DNA from: an uncultured Poribacteria bacterium
GTDB lineage: Bacteria; Poribacteria; WGA-4E; WGA-3G
DNA: 64,000 nt
Direction: 5' to 3'
Assembly (NCBI GenBank): GCA_951813565.1
Contig: OX638351.1
Span: 5,280,001 to 5,344,000 of the forward strand
Positions 20,467 through 30,402 of this stretch are shown here, one piece after another. Each line of letters begins with the position of its first letter. Position 1 is the stretch's first letter. The translations under genes and the position numbers were made by a program. The notes beneath the pieces are model-generated. The model worked only from the letters and a program-made list of their open reading frames with translations, ran no database searches and was not told where the DNA came from.

Positions 20467-21444
20467 GAACTCATAGCGAGTACGCGCTAAGAATCGTTGA
20501 AAGTCACTCGAAAGTTTATCATTGAATATGCTAAATAGCGAAAACCTAAACGGGTTTCTTTAAGTTTATCGTAGCTAAGGGCGAGTTTCCGATAAGTCCC
20601 TTGCCAACCGAACGTGCGTTCTACTTTAAATCTCTCTTTGTAGATATCTTTCTTAAACCAACGGAACTTGCGAGCAATAACGATAGGTTCTTTAGTATTC
20701 CGTTTGTTCGGATAGATCACTGGGATCAGACCTTGTTCTTTGATAATCTTGTGATTCACCTTGGAATCAAAACCAGAATCCAGCGTTAGAGCGGAACTCT
20801 CAAGTTCCAGTCCAATGCGATTGCTGAAGGAGATGAATTCAGCCAATGCCTCGGGCAAAATCGTTGTCTCATGTTGGTTAACCGGTTTGGTGGTTATCGG
20901 ACTAACGATGAACCCGTGATTGTCGGTGATGGTCAACTCTTTTTCACCTTTCTGATGTTTGTGTCCCGAATAACCGATGCCATCGCCCCTTTTTTTACGA
21001 CGGTATTTGACCCATCTCCATGAAGTTGAGAGGTGTCAAGTTGATCGGTATCAAGCAGATGTATCACTGATGCTTCAAAAAGTTTTTGATAAGAACCATC
21101 TTTTGACCATCTATTATGCCATTTATAGACATTAGACCAATGGAGTTCATTCCGCCGGGTGCGGAGCCGCTCCCATTGAATGCCAGTATGCAAAACATAA
21201 AGGATATAATTAAATATCTTATACGAAGATATTTTAGGTTTCGGTCCTTTATGCCTTTTAGACAAAAAGGGTTTAATATACCGGTTAAAATCCCTAAGCG
21301 AAACCTGTTTCGGAAGACAATTGGAATTCAGTTGTTTTTCAGTTGTGTCAGCCATAAGAGAACCTCTCAAAAAAATAGGACTTACATTATTAACTTATAT
21401 ACCTTTATTTTACTATATTTATAGGTTTTACTCAATATGACTTC
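20467..21444 (-). mobile_element. IS5-family IS (two-ORF type), 3-bp TSD AGT
   Basis: Imperfect TIRs GAACTCATAGCGAGTA / GAAGTCATATTGAGTA; AGT duplicated at 20464-20466 and 21445-21447. Confidence 0.92.
20487..21370 (-). CDS. IS5-family transposase, orfA (20933..21370) + orfB (20487..20936), probably joined by -1 frameshift
   Basis: GIQW..L...W..VYKWHNRWSKDG (DUF4096-like), DSGFDS, RFKVERTFGW; A7G slippery run at about 20989-20996 on the minus strand. Confidence 0.88.
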
Positions 21445-22580
21445 AGTATTCGGTGGAAGGGTAAACCGAAGTGTCCACATTGTGATTGCCCAAACGCTGC
21501 AAGACGAACAGAAACGGAATTGGGACGCATCGGACGCTTGCAATGCCACGATTGCACTGCTACTTTCAAGGTTACTTGTGGCACGGTGTTTCACGGGACA
21601 AAGATAGCACTTCAGAAGTGGTTTTTGGCTATCTCGTTGATGATGAATGCTAAAAAGAGCCTTTCAAGTCATCAGTTGGCAAGAGATTTGGACTTGGATC
21701 AAAAGACTGCGTGGCGTATGGGAACATGTATCCGTGCTGAAATGGCTAAAGATAATATCCTCTTACAAGGTATCATAGAGGCTGACGAAACTTATGTCGG
21801 GGGTAAACCTCGCAAAGCGAACAAAAAAGAGGACAGGGATCCTGCTAAGCGTGGGCGTGGCACTGATAAAGATGCTATCATCGGAGCGATTGAACGCGGT
21901 GGGAAAGTTGTGGCAAGACTCGCAAAAGATTTGACGGGACGGACTATCTTAAATTTTATTCGCGAAGTTGTTAAAGTAGATAAATCGCAGTTGATGACTG
22001 ATGAGTATAAGGCTTATCTCACACTCGGTAAAGAGATGAAGCACCATATCATTGATCATCAAGAACAATTTGTTGACGGTGATGTCCATACCAATATTAT
22101 TGAAGGCTTCTGGTCACTTCTCAAACGTGCTTGGTATGGAAGTCATCACCACTATTGGACTGAATACACACCCCTATATGTCGCAGAGGCGTGCTATAAA
22201 TACAACTATAGGAGCATTGAGAGCATTTTTGATAAGTTTGTCAATGAGAGTATGAGATGAAGACTCACTCAACGATGGCAGAAGAACTTAAAGAATAAGG
22301 TCTTGACAAGCTGGACCACACTAATATCACAACGGCAAAACGATTAGAAGAATTGTCTGCCGTTGCAAAGTATCTATCAAGCGCGCTTAACTTTTATACC
22401 GATGTGAGTTGGAGGGGCAGAAGTTCTCACAGATTAGAGTTAGAAATTAGTCTTCGCCGTTTAGTGCTTTTCCGAATTCTCATACCCTATTAAGTATAAA
22501 TTTCCATAACGCTTAAGGGCTTTTTGCAAGTCCAAAACTACTTATTGCGAAAACTTTACACACCAGATAAATGTTTCCAT

Positions 22581-22609
22581 TTGACAATTCCACCATTATA
22601 TATTAAAAT
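22581..22609 (+). promoter_or_regulatory. Sigma70-like promoter of argJ
   Basis: TTGACA-17bp-TAAAAT. Confidence 0.6.
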
Positions 22610-22639
22610 TCCTGCTACACAATTCGTAAGGAGAGATTC

Positions 22640-23845
22640 ATGAAACAGATAGATGGTGGGATTACTGCTGTCCCAGGTATTCAAGCTGCAGGTGTTCACG
22701 CTGGCATAAAAAAAACAGAATTCAAAGATTTGGCTCTTATCGTCACCGATGTACCTGCAACTGCTGCAGGTGTTTTCACAAAAAACAGCGTTACCGCTGC
22801 CCCTGTCTTGGTATGTCGTCAAAATCTCAGCAATCCAACAGCACAAGCAATTATAATCAATAGTGGAAATGCCAATGCATGTACTGGTGAACTTGGGATG
22901 ACGAACGCGCAACGCATGGTGAACACAACGGCGGAACAACTCGGCATAGATCAAAATCTCGTGCTTGTCTCTTCTACAGGTGTTATTGGACAGCAGTTAC
23001 CGATGGATAAAATTGAGGACGGAATTCAGATCGCTGTTAATGCACTTAGTGATGGTGGCGGAGGCGATGCCGCTGAAGCCATTATGACCACTGATACACA
23101 CCCGAAATCTGCTGCTCTTGAAATAGAAATTAATGGAAAACCTGTAAGAATTGGTGGGATTGCCAAAGGCTCAGGGATGATTGCCCCGAATATGGCGACT
23201 ATGCTTTCTTACCTGACTACAGATGTTAACATCAACAGCGATACACTCCAGTCTGCTTTAACCGATGTTGTAGATAACACTTATAATCTTTTAACCGTTG
23301 ACACTGACCGAAGCACGAACGACACTGTGATAATTCTCGCAACAGGTGGTGCAAAAAATACCGAGATAGTTGATGCCAAAGGTAAAGATTTTGAAGTCTT
23401 TTGTGATGGATTGCAATTTGTCTGCACTGAATTAATAAAAATGCTGGCACGCGATGGTGAAGGGGCAACTAAACTTGTTGAAGTTGTTGTAAAAAGCGCT
23501 AAAAACCGGAGTGATGCGGAAAAAGCCGCCCGTGCTGTTGCGGAATCTCCACTCGTCAAAACTGCCGTTTTTGCTAACGATGCCAACTGGGGACGAATTA
23601 TGATGGCGATCGGTAAATCAGGCGCGGAATTTGATCCCTATCAGGTAGACGTGCTGCTTGGAGACTATCTCCTTGTCAAAAACGGAATGGATGCTGGCTA
23701 CGACGAGGAAAAAGCCACTCAATTGTTTGACAATGATCCCGTTCGAATTACCATTGACCTACGCGCTGGCAATACTGAGATAACGATGTGGACATGCGAT
23801 TATTCTTATGATTATATCCGAATTAATGCCGATTATCGGACGTAA
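22640..23845 (+). CDS. argJ: Bifunctional glutamate N-acetyltransferase/ornithine acetyltransferase
   Basis: [47 protein letters not shown]. Confidence 0.98.
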   Translation: MKQIDGGITAVPGIQAAGVHAGIKKTEFKDLALIVTDVPATAAGVFTKNSVTAAPVLVCRQNLSNPTAQAIIINSGNANACTGELGMTNAQRMVNTTAEQLGIDQNLVLVSSTGVIGQQLPMDKIEDGIQIAVNALSDGGGGDAAEAIMTTDTHPKSAALEIEINGKPVRIGGIAKGSGMIAPNMATMLSYLTTDVNINSDTLQSALTDVVDNTYNLLTVDTDRSTNDTVIILATGGAKNTEIVDAKGKDFEVFCDGLQFVCTELIKMLARDGEGATKLVEVVVKSAKNRSDAEKAARAVAESPLVKTAVFANDANWGRIMMAIGKSGAEFDPYQVDVLLGDYLLVKNGMDAGYDEEKATQLFDNDPVRITIDLRAGNTEITMWTCDYSYDYIRINADYRT

Positions 23846-24469
23846 GCAAATTTCAGCTGCGTGTAATCTGAAAAATTAATCATCTCTTATAGGTTCAGTT
23901 TGAAACCGCGCCTACCGCACTGACTTAATAATTATTGGCTTGCAATAAATGTCAAAATTCCTTGAAATTTAAACTAATTCAATACACTCAAAAGGAACTG
24001 ATCAGCAACATTCAATTCTCCAATAATTTCTGCCTTCCATCCAAAGTTTCTTCTTGTAGGAGCGACCCGACAAATACCAAACGCTTATTTAGCGTTGATT
24101 CGGTGATCGCGACCGTCGCAAAATGTTATAGTTAAAATCAAAAATATATTTACATTTTCTGAAGGTTAGCGGTATTTGTAGTCGCGCAATTCATTGCGCC
24201 TCTTAAATTTATCGTGTGTTTGAAATCCACATAAGAATAAAACGTAAAAATAATTATGGGTTTTACTATAAGAAACTCGAAAACTGAATGGCTTGGAAAC
24301 AGCAATGTAAAAATTTTTACAATTAGTTGATACGGTAATAAATGGCACGAAATTTGCTTAACATAGTTAAAGTGTAAAAGGGAATAGAATAGAGTTGTGT
24401 TGATACAATAGGCATTATAGGGTTTTACAGAAGGATTTAGAGATAAAATAGTAAAAAGGTGTATAGAAA

Positions 24470-25369
24470 ATGAACACAGTTGTCCAAATTGTGAACAAAT
24501 TCTTATATTTCGCAAAAAGAAGTCAACAGCCGAGTTCGCATAAAGGTTTTGGTATTGGAAAACTTTTTTCCAGTAGTTTCTTACCGAATACGTCTTTTAT
24601 GTTGTCAGTCTGTTTGCATCTAATAGGTATATCAATTATCGGTCTATCTTCCGTTAGAACGACAGATAGTAACAGCAACGCTATGCAAATTGATGTTTTT
24701 TCTATGTCTACTCCGAAACCTATTGCTATACTCCCTACCACTAAAAAACATATACCGAAATTAGTTGTCCCACAACCTATTCGTTTACATCGTCAACAAC
24801 TTCAGACGGTACGTCCGATTACGCCTGTGATAACGACAGAAACCTCTGAGGTCACGACATTGGCCCAAACCCCGACACTAACAGCAAATTTCACCCTGAA
24901 TGCGCCACAAAACTCTTTATCTGATGTTGAACCCCCTGTCACAGTGTCAGTTGGAACGAAGCCAGTTTTTACTTCATCTGTTAACGTTGCCCCGCAACGG
25001 GTTGAACGGAACTCGGATTTGTCAGTAGTAGGTTCAGACAGCTTACAGATAGATGCTCTTCCATTAAACATGCCGACTATCAATGAACCAACCCAAAACG
25101 CTACCTTCCTCAAAAAAGTTGATCCTGTATATCCTGAATCTGCCCGATCTACTCACCAAGAGGGATTAGTCGTTCTTGAAGCCACTATAGGCATAGATGG
25201 AAAAGCACAGAACATACGGATTATTGAAGTTACAAGAATTAGTGGTCTTGGTTGTGAAGAAGCAGCGATTCAGGCACTCAAATCCTCGTTATTCACACCT
25301 GCGATGCAAGGCAAAGTAGCCGTTACGCAACGTCTTCGCATTCCATATCGCTTTAGTTTGAAAAGTTAA
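24470..25369 (+). CDS. TonB-family energy transducer
   Basis: TM 'SVCLH', Pro/Thr-rich linker, C-terminal P.YPE.AR...EG.V.LE..I..DG...F.PA. Confidence 0.85.
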   Translation: MNTVVQIVNKFLYFAKRSQQPSSHKGFGIGKLFSSSFLPNTSFMLSVCLHLIGISIIGLSSVRTTDSNSNAMQIDVFSMSTPKPIAILPTTKKHIPKLVVPQPIRLHRQQLQTVRPITPVITTETSEVTTLAQTPTLTANFTLNAPQNSLSDVEPPVTVSVGTKPVFTSSVNVAPQRVERNSDLSVVGSDSLQIDALPLNMPTINEPTQNATFLKKVDPVYPESARSTHQEGLVVLEATIGIDGKAQNIRIIEVTRISGLGCEEAAIQALKSSLFTPAMQGKVAVTQRLRIPYRFSLKS

Positions 25370-25371
25370 AC

Positions 25372-25454
25372 TCTTAGCTCGTACTCGCTATGAGTTTAAT
25401 GATAAACTATCGAGTTACTTTCAACGATTCTTAGATGTTACTCGCTATGAGTTC
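25372..25454 (+). mobile_element. Two tandem remnants of the IS5 element end
   Basis: CTTAG..GTACTCGCTATGAGTT twice; the second includes ...ATGATAAACT.TCGAGT.ACTTTCAACGATTC matching the reverse complement of about 20467-20525. Confidence 0.8.
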
Positions 25455-25673
25455 ATCATATAATGAATCAACCAAACCACCCTCAACACGGGGCACCGGC
25501 CATTCAACACCCAACTATCGTTGTGCCTATGCCTCCAGTTACAGTGCAAAGTTGCAGTGGACAGACTTCAAGTTAGCAACTTTGAGAATTCTATTCGTCC
25601 CAATACATATTGCTTCAAGTTGCATTAAAGTGCGACATGTATGTATTGGGACCTTACAATAAGGAGATTCCTA

Positions 25674-26315
25674 ATGAAAAAGCTCATTCTCACCGTCATT
25701 CTTTTGATCGTTTTGGGCACCAGTTGGGTTTTGTTCCGAGAAAACAGAAATGAGCCGGTTGGAAACATTTCCCCAAAAGTTCCTGCATCTGTACCATTAG
25801 ATACTAACAACACCAACTCGACTTCAGAAGTTCACATTGAGGTACCGCCAGAGGCTCAAACGGTTGATGCAAATAAAACTGTAAATGTTTCAGGTGTAGA
25901 TGACATTGTTCCGGAAAAAAATATCGACACGGAGGATGTTCTCACGGATAAGAATTACGATTGGAGAGACGACGCGGCTAATACACCTGCGTCTGTTAAG
26001 AAGCAGGATCCGTGGAGCCTGAAAAAAGGACCCATAGGGTCTACATATAACGCTGATCTTAATGCGCTCATCAAACAGTTCGGAGATACGCTAGAAGTTA
26101 GGGCCGCGTATGCGTACTTGAAAAAGATTGTGAGAGGGAAAGAAAGGACAATTGAGGAAGAGATCTCCGGGCTAGAAGCTTTGAAAGCTCTCTATCCTGA
26201 ATTACACACTCAGGAACAGGAATCGTTTTTACAACTTCTAAAGAAAACACATGCAGTTGAGGGAACGCTAACCCCCATATCAGAGGCGGAATATAAAGAA
26301 CTACTAAATAGATGA
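25674..26315 (+). CDS. Hypothetical exported/membrane-anchored protein (paralog of 9235..9984)
   Basis: RBS AAGGAG before MKKLILTV; DPW...KQFGD...GLEALKALYP. Confidence 0.8.
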   Translation: MKKLILTVILLIVLGTSWVLFRENRNEPVGNISPKVPASVPLDTNNTNSTSEVHIEVPPEAQTVDANKTVNVSGVDDIVPEKNIDTEDVLTDKNYDWRDDAANTPASVKKQDPWSLKKGPIGSTYNADLNALIKQFGDTLEVRAAYAYLKKIVRGKERTIEEEISGLEALKALYPELHTQEQESFLQLLKKTHAVEGTLTPISEAEYKELLNR

Positions 26316-26437
26316 GATGAAAGTTTGTATATTGACACATGGGTATCCACGTTTTTCTGATGACATAACTGCCCCTTTTGATTGAATCCATTGCCGAAAC
26401 CCTTCAGCAACATGAGGGTGCTGATGTAACGGTACTA

Positions 26438-26688
26438 ATACCATTTCTATAAAATAACATACCTTTTAAGAAATAGCTGGTTCGTAGTCGCGCAATTTAT
26501 TGCCAAATCAACGCAGCATGCGCTTGTGGCATGCTGCGCCTCGGACATTCTAATTCGAAAGGGAAATTCATTTATAGAATTGGTATAATACCAAATTCAT
26601 TTGATTCATTGTCTTCACATACCGCTCCGCTGGAGCGGAAGACGGAAAAAGCACTAAAAAAACAAGAAGAATCACGTTAATTTGGTAT
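26438..26688. mobile_element. Two abutting MITE-like elements (ATACCA...TGGTAT ends)
   Basis: ATACCATTTCTATAAAAT...ATTTATAGAATTGGTAT (26438-26586) and ATACCAAATT...AATTTGGTAT (26588-26688). Confidence 0.7.
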
Positions 26689-26690
26689 TA

Positions 26691-26995
26691 GACGCACTTG
26701 ATAACGGAAACTATGATGTCGTTTCTGGGTGGAAGTTCCCCCGTAAGGACCCATTCGAAAAGCGCGCTTTCTCTTTCATTTTCAACAGCGTTACCGCTTG
26801 GCTCACCGGTGTGAAACTCCATGACATGAATTGCGGGTTCAAGGTATATCGGGCTGAAGTCGCAAAAGAACTTCACCTCTACGGAGACCTGCATCGGTAT
26901 ATCCCTATATTGGCATACCAAATAGGCTACCGTGTTGGGGAGATCAAAGTGAAACATCATCCACGCCGTTTTGGTGTTTCTAAGTACGGATTGCA
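26691..26995 (+). pseudogene. GT2 (ArnC/GtrB-like) glycosyltransferase fragment
   Basis: YDVVSGWK, LHDMNCGFK, LYGDLHRYIP, HHPRRFGVSKYG; both ends replaced by MITEs. Confidence 0.85.
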
Positions 26996-26998
26996 TTT

Positions 26999-27112
26999 TA
27001 TAGTAAAATCCGAAAATACGTTCACATTTCAATAAACAACAATCCCTACACACTTGCGCTGGAGAGGTTTCCTAACCTTGCCAATGTCCAGGTAATTGTG
27101 GATTTTACTATA
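26999..27112. mobile_element. MITE-like element, TIR TATAGTAAAATCC
   Basis: TATAGTAAAATCC...GGATTTTACTATA. Confidence 0.75.
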
Positions 27113-27249
27113 ACACATACTCCCTTAAACTTTGCCATCAATGTAATGTGGCAGCCTCCTCTTATTCTTCGTTCATTCAAATATCACTTGCCTTCTAAAC
27201 GGATTCATCCTATACTCTTTTATATCTTCATTCATTAGGAGAATAATCT

Positions 27250-28002
27250 GTGAATATTCAACTTTCAGGTAAGGTAGCGGTTATCACTGGTGCCTCCACA
27301 GGTATTGGTGCTGCAACTGCGATTGCTTATGCAGAAGCTGGTGCGAAAGTCGTTATTGGAGATATTAATGAGGTTGATGGACAAAAAACCTTACAAACAA
27401 TTGTAAAAAACGGGGGGATAGCGAAATTCTGTCAAACCGATGTCACTTCTGAATCTGAAGTTGCTCAACTCATAAAAACTGCTGATGAATCGTATGGAAG
27501 AATTGATACGGTAGTAACTTCCGCAGGAGTTTTACGAGGTCCAAGTGTCCGAATTGAAGATTTTGAGGAAGCTACCTTTGATTCAGTAATTGATGTCAAT
27601 CTTAAAGGCACTTTTTTCACCCTCAAACATGCTGTTCCCGTAATGTGCAGAAGTGGCGGCGGTGTTATTCTTTGTATTGCTTCAGGAGCAGGGGTTCGTG
27701 GGGGAAGTTCCTCAGTCGCGTATGCCTCAAGTAAAGGAGGCGTTAATGGTCTTGTGATGACTGTAGAAGGTCAAGTTGGTTCTCTCAACATCCGCATGCA
27801 CACAATATGTCCCGGTGGACTTGCTACACCGCTAAAACTCGGACAAATTGCAGAGTCTGCCAAGCGAGATGGAAATGATCCTGATGCAGCTGTTGCCAAT
27901 GCACAGAAATCGCTTGGTGATCCAGCAGGTGTTGCCCGAATACTAACGTTTCTTGCCTCTGATGAAGGTTCTTACATGCGTGGGCAGATCTTCACAAGGT
28001 AG
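27250..28002 (+). CDS. SDR-family oxidoreductase
   Basis: TGASTGIG, SAG, YASSK. Confidence 0.94.
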   Translation: MNIQLSGKVAVITGASTGIGAATAIAYAEAGAKVVIGDINEVDGQKTLQTIVKNGGIAKFCQTDVTSESEVAQLIKTADESYGRIDTVVTSAGVLRGPSVRIEDFEEATFDSVIDVNLKGTFFTLKHAVPVMCRSGGGVILCIASGAGVRGGSSSVAYASSKGGVNGLVMTVEGQVGSLNIRMHTICPGGLATPLKLGQIAESAKRDGNDPDAAVANAQKSLGDPAGVARILTFLASDEGSYMRGQIFTR

Positions 28003-28029
28003 GTGGGTGTAAATAGATTTTTGGAATTA

Positions 28030-28392
28030 TTAATTACTTGGGTTAAGTGTGTAGTCAAAGTTCAACCACAAACTTTTTGAATAGCGATAGAAAAAGATAG
28101 GGAATACAGCGGAAACTAAACCCCAAATGCCAAAATTTACTACGAAAGGGATAGGTGTGAAAACACCAAAGATAAAGTAGCCCGGAAAGGCAAGGAGCAC
28201 CGTTGCACCATAATTGAGATACATTGCACCGATGAAATAACCTTGTTCGCGTTCAAACTTCAAATTACACACAGGGCAGTGTGTAAACATCTTGAACCTT
28301 TTTTGAAAGAGTGAACCTTCCTCACATCGTGGACACTTGAGTCCAAAACTGCACTGCAAAATCTTTTTGAAATTCCTAAGAGTTAGTTTCAT
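28030..28392 (-). CDS. DUF983-family membrane protein
   Basis: CPRCEEGSLF...CPVCNL.FEREQGYFIGAMY plus two TM helices. Confidence 0.85.
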   Translation of the reverse strand: MKLTLRNFKKILQCSFGLKCPRCEEGSLFQKRFKMFTHCPVCNLKFEREQGYFIGAMYLNYGATVLLAFPGYFIFGVFTPIPFVVNFGIWGLVSAVFPIFFYRYSKSLWLNFDYTLNPSN

Positions 28393-28432
28393 ATATGCGT
28401 TCTAATGGAAGTTAGGATCAATCCTCTATGAG

Positions 28433-29098
28433 TTAATAGGTGTTGTCATCCCAAAAAACTTTGAAAGTACGGAGCAGTATCTTGAAATCGTTCCATAGGG
28501 ACAAATTCTCAATGTATTCCAAATCAACAGGAATTCCTTCACGGATTGACCCGCGTCGACATGGACTTAACTGCCAAAGTCCTGTCATTCCTGGACGCAC
28601 GAGATGGCGTTGATTTTCCCATTCCTCGTAATTTTCAGCAAGAAACGGCATTTCTGGTCGGGGACCGACAAGACTCATTTCACCTTTAATCACGTTAAAT
28701 AACTGGGGTAATTCATCTAAACTCGTTTTCCGAATCCATTTACCAACCGATGTAATACGAATATCTTCAGTTGAATCGGGCTTTTCTGAATAGGAGGGCG
28801 TATCAATATGAAGGCTTCTGAACTTGTGAATGACAAAGAGTTTATTATTTATACCGACCCGTTTATGTGAGAAAAAAATTGGTCCACGCGAGGTGAGTTT
28901 AATGAGTATTGCTATGACTATCATGAAAGGGGAAAAGAGTAGAATTAAGAAAAATGCCGCTACAAAATCAAGCAAATATTTTCCTCGCTTTGCGTAGAAG
29001 GAGGAAAGTCTTTTAACTGAAGTCTGTGCTGCTGTGTCGTTCATATATGCAAAGTCAGTTTTGGAAACGCAAAATTTTGTTGGCAAATGTGCCATCAT
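28433..29098 (-). CDS. Initiating polyprenyl-phosphate sugar-1-phosphate transferase (Bac_transf)
   Basis: KFRSL, D.RIT.VG..IRKTSLDELPQL.NV..G.MSLVGPRP, RPGMTGLWQ. Confidence 0.95.
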   Translation of the reverse strand: MMAHLPTKFCVSKTDFAYMNDTAAQTSVKRLSSFYAKRGKYLLDFVAAFFLILLFSPFMIVIAILIKLTSRGPIFFSHKRVGINNKLFVIHKFRSLHIDTPSYSEKPDSTEDIRITSVGKWIRKTSLDELPQLFNVIKGEMSLVGPRPEMPFLAENYEEWENQRHLVRPGMTGLWQLSPCRRGSIREGIPVDLEYIENLSLWNDFKILLRTFKVFWDDNTY

Positions 29099-29125
29099 CC
29101 TTTACCTACACGAAATTAGTAGATT

Positions 29126-30247
29126 TCACTTTTTCTTCTGTAGTTTTTCAAAAACATCAAGATATTGTTCCGCAATATGATCCCAGTTGAATCGTTTTCG
29201 GATTTGTTCAGGGGCACGTTGGCGGAAGTCGTCAACCTTCTCTGGATTCTGTTCTAACGTCTCAATTTCGGCTTTGAGAGCCTCCGAAGTTTTGTCAAAG
29301 AGTACACCGTAAGTCCCGCCTTCCAAGACTTCATGGTTGAACGGTGTATTTAGTGCCAAAATGCAGTTAGAAAATCCTAACGCCTTCAAAATGGAAGGAT
29401 TGATGCCACCAAACTGATGTCCATGAATGTAAGCAAAGCAGTTATGGTGCAATTCCTTTATATGTTCAGAACTATCTATGTGTCCCAAAAAGATTACGTT
29501 TTCATTAGCGATGCTTTTCAATTTATCTAAAAATTCATTTTCAAGTTTGTTGCCCTTATAGTCAGCACCACCTGCTATTGCGAGTTTTTTCTGGCTATTT
29601 GAGTTGACAAATGCCTCCAAAATCAGGTCCGCATTATTATCAGGAACAAGACGGCTTGCAATCAAATAGTAATTTCGTGATTCAAGTCCATAAGTTTCAA
29701 GTATTTCAGGGTGTTCAGACGGTTCAATGTTTGCTCCGTAAGCGATATATGTTGTCTCAGCACCTAATTCTTCAAGGTAAAGTCTTTTCATTTCTTCGGC
29801 ATCGGTAATCACAATAGGAAACGCGGAAGTCGCCATCTTTGCTGCCCATTTGAAATAGACTGCACCTATACCTTTCCACTTTGGACGAAGCCATTCCATT
29901 CCATCAACATTGATAACAGCACTTTTGCCAGCAATACGGAAAAACCAACCAAAGGGACCATTGCCAGCATTCCATACCAAAATAGCATCAGAAGGTGAAA
30001 ACGAAGCGTGTAAAGTTGCTAAAAAACTGTGGCTGAGGGTACTAAATACTTTATGTTCTATGCTCGGTAAATAGACTAACTTAATGCCTTTCCATTCGCG
30101 TGGTCTCTCTTTAAAAACTGCTTTTCTACAATAGACAGTGACTTCATGTCCCGCTTCTACCCAGCGCGGTGCAAGTTCTCCCATGATGGTTTCCAGCCCA
30201 CTATAAGTTGCTGGAAGTCCTCGAATACCCAACACGCGAATTTTCAT
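29126..30247 (-). CDS. GT4 glycosyltransferase (DUF1972 type)
   Basis: GIRGLPATYSGLET, NVDGMEW.RPKW, SRLVPDNN, GGINPSIL. Confidence 0.9.
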   Translation of the reverse strand: MKIRVLGIRGLPATYSGLETIMGELAPRWVEAGHEVTVYCRKAVFKERPREWKGIKLVYLPSIEHKVFSTLSHSFLATLHASFSPSDAILVWNAGNGPFGWFFRIAGKSAVINVDGMEWLRPKWKGIGAVYFKWAAKMATSAFPIVITDAEEMKRLYLEELGAETTYIAYGANIEPSEHPEILETYGLESRNYYLIASRLVPDNNADLILEAFVNSNSQKKLAIAGGADYKGNKLENEFLDKLKSIANENVIFLGHIDSSEHIKELHHNCFAYIHGHQFGGINPSILKALGFSNCILALNTPFNHEVLEGGTYGVLFDKTSEALKAEIETLEQNPEKVDDFRQRAPEQIRKRFNWDHIAEQYLDVFEKLQKKK

Positions 30248-30402
30248 CTTAAGTCCTTCCGAATGATACCAAGATACACTTACAAAACAATTTCTTTGAT
30301 GCGTTAACCAACATGAATCTTCATTTAAAATGTTATTCCAATTGTGGTTTGTAATTCCACTCCATCAGTGAAGGGAAACAGCAGTGAACTTCAGGTTAAA
30401 CC

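Larger units (their letters stand above)
20401..22260 (+). pseudogene. IS1595 transposase split by IS5 insertion
   Basis: MDLLKVMERF...HLES at 20401-20466; the rest is in ORF 21520..22260. Confidence 0.92.
20161..22549 (+). mobile_element. IS1595-family IS copy 2, interrupted by an IS5-family element
   Basis: Same TIRs as copy 1; transposase starts at 20401 and resumes at 21445; the flanks (TAAATTTA and AAAACTTT) do not match each other. Confidence 0.95.

Noticed and set aside
23935..24515. Short ORFs between argJ and tonB
   Set aside because: AT-rich, low-complexity translations overlapping REP palindromes; no RBS or family motif
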